Origin: Lingula anatina
Taxonomy: Eukaryota; Animalia; Brachiopoda
DNA length: 64,000 nucleotides
Reading direction: 5' to 3'
NCBI GenBank assembly: GCA_051362555.1
Contig: CM120640.1
Span: forward strand, 5,332,001 to 5,396,000
A model generated the notes under the pieces. The model was not told where the DNA came from. It saw only the letters and a list, made by a program, of their open reading frames with translations, and made no database searches. A program made the translations under genes and the position numbers. This document shows, piece by piece, positions 63,335 to 64,000 of this stretch (the first letter of the stretch is position 1; each line of letters begins with the position of its first letter).

Positions 63335-63361
<27 letters not shown>
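63335..63361. repeat. (GA)n microsatellite
   Basis: Seen directly. Confidence 0.95.
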
Positions 63362-63366
<5 letters not shown>

Positions 63367-64000
63367 GGGGAGAGACACTTCCTGAATACGTTCAGTTCTT
63401 GTCTACAAACTCTAACTTGTAGAATCAATGTCGGCACATACAATTCGAATAGCTGACTGCCCCGTGAGTCCTGTCAGGTACAGTCCGAACTTAAATTTCC
63501 TTTTTGCTATTGTGCAACCTTCAAAACCTTTCAGCTCAGAATGATGTCAATCCAGAGTTAAGAATCTCATAATAAAATGGCAAAGGATATTACAATTCCT
63601 CCTTATCACTTCTTCCTTTTTGTTCTGGCGAGTCTCTCGATAACGTATTGAATTACTGCCAATACCCAGTGAGCCCGTTTTGCCTTATTCTTGTTGTGAC
63701 AGGAAGGACACTGGAAGGCGATCTCTGGTTTCTAAAGACTGGTAAACCTCAGGAGAAAATCTGGTCACGTAAAGCGGGACACTCCATTGGGTTGGTTCGC
63801 ACCCACGTTTACTCTCTATTTCCGGTTTATACCGGCTTTTCAACACAGAAACGAATTCTGTTACTTAATTAGGATTCCGGAGAAGCCTCTTCACAGTCAT
63901 GCTTGCGACATTTTACAGTTTTTTTTTAAATAATGTATCAGTTGGATACCAGCGGTGAAAGAGTTATCAATATCTAGAGAACGGCGTGGAGCAATACTAC

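Noticed and set aside
63648-63872. Possible exon 2 for the candidate 52081 donor
   Set aside because: The phase-0 reading after the gtgacag acceptor stops after 10 codons.

Overview
Eukaryotic, AT-rich animal genomic DNA with GT-AG introns. Gene and repeat content suggest a lophotrochozoan, possibly a mollusc (inference only). Three protein-coding genes can be spliced by hand. (1) A 2-exon minus-strand gene (1043-1447) for a 105-aa secreted, 8-Cys chitin-binding (CBM14/peritrophin-A-like) mini-protein. (2) Head-to-head with it, a 14-exon plus-strand gene (CDS 2469-30255, 2601 nt, 866 aa) for a pikachurin/EGFLAM/SP2353-type secreted EGF + 3x laminin-G protein. (3) Tail-to-tail with that, a minus-strand LRR type-I membrane protein (35673-38015, about 643 aa, about 18 LRRs, no TIR). 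Intron 8 of the pikachurin-like gene holds a 5.36-kb DNA transposon with perfect 26-bp CAC..GTG TIRs and a TTAT TSD. It carries an intact 305-aa ORF that appears to lack the catalytic core, about 10 copies of a GTAAC-N4-GTTAC dyad, and a nested Helentron/HINE-type element. Next to it is a palindromic MITE inserted into a duplicated decoy copy of the exon-9 acceptor. A 2.74-kb foldback element with about 185-bp-phased YY1-like motifs sits just before the probable poly(A) signal. Region 38-64 kb is CpG-richer and gene-poor, with old MITE and LINE fragments and one candidate first exon. No CRISPR, rRNA or tRNA was recognised. All calls are manual; no searches were run.
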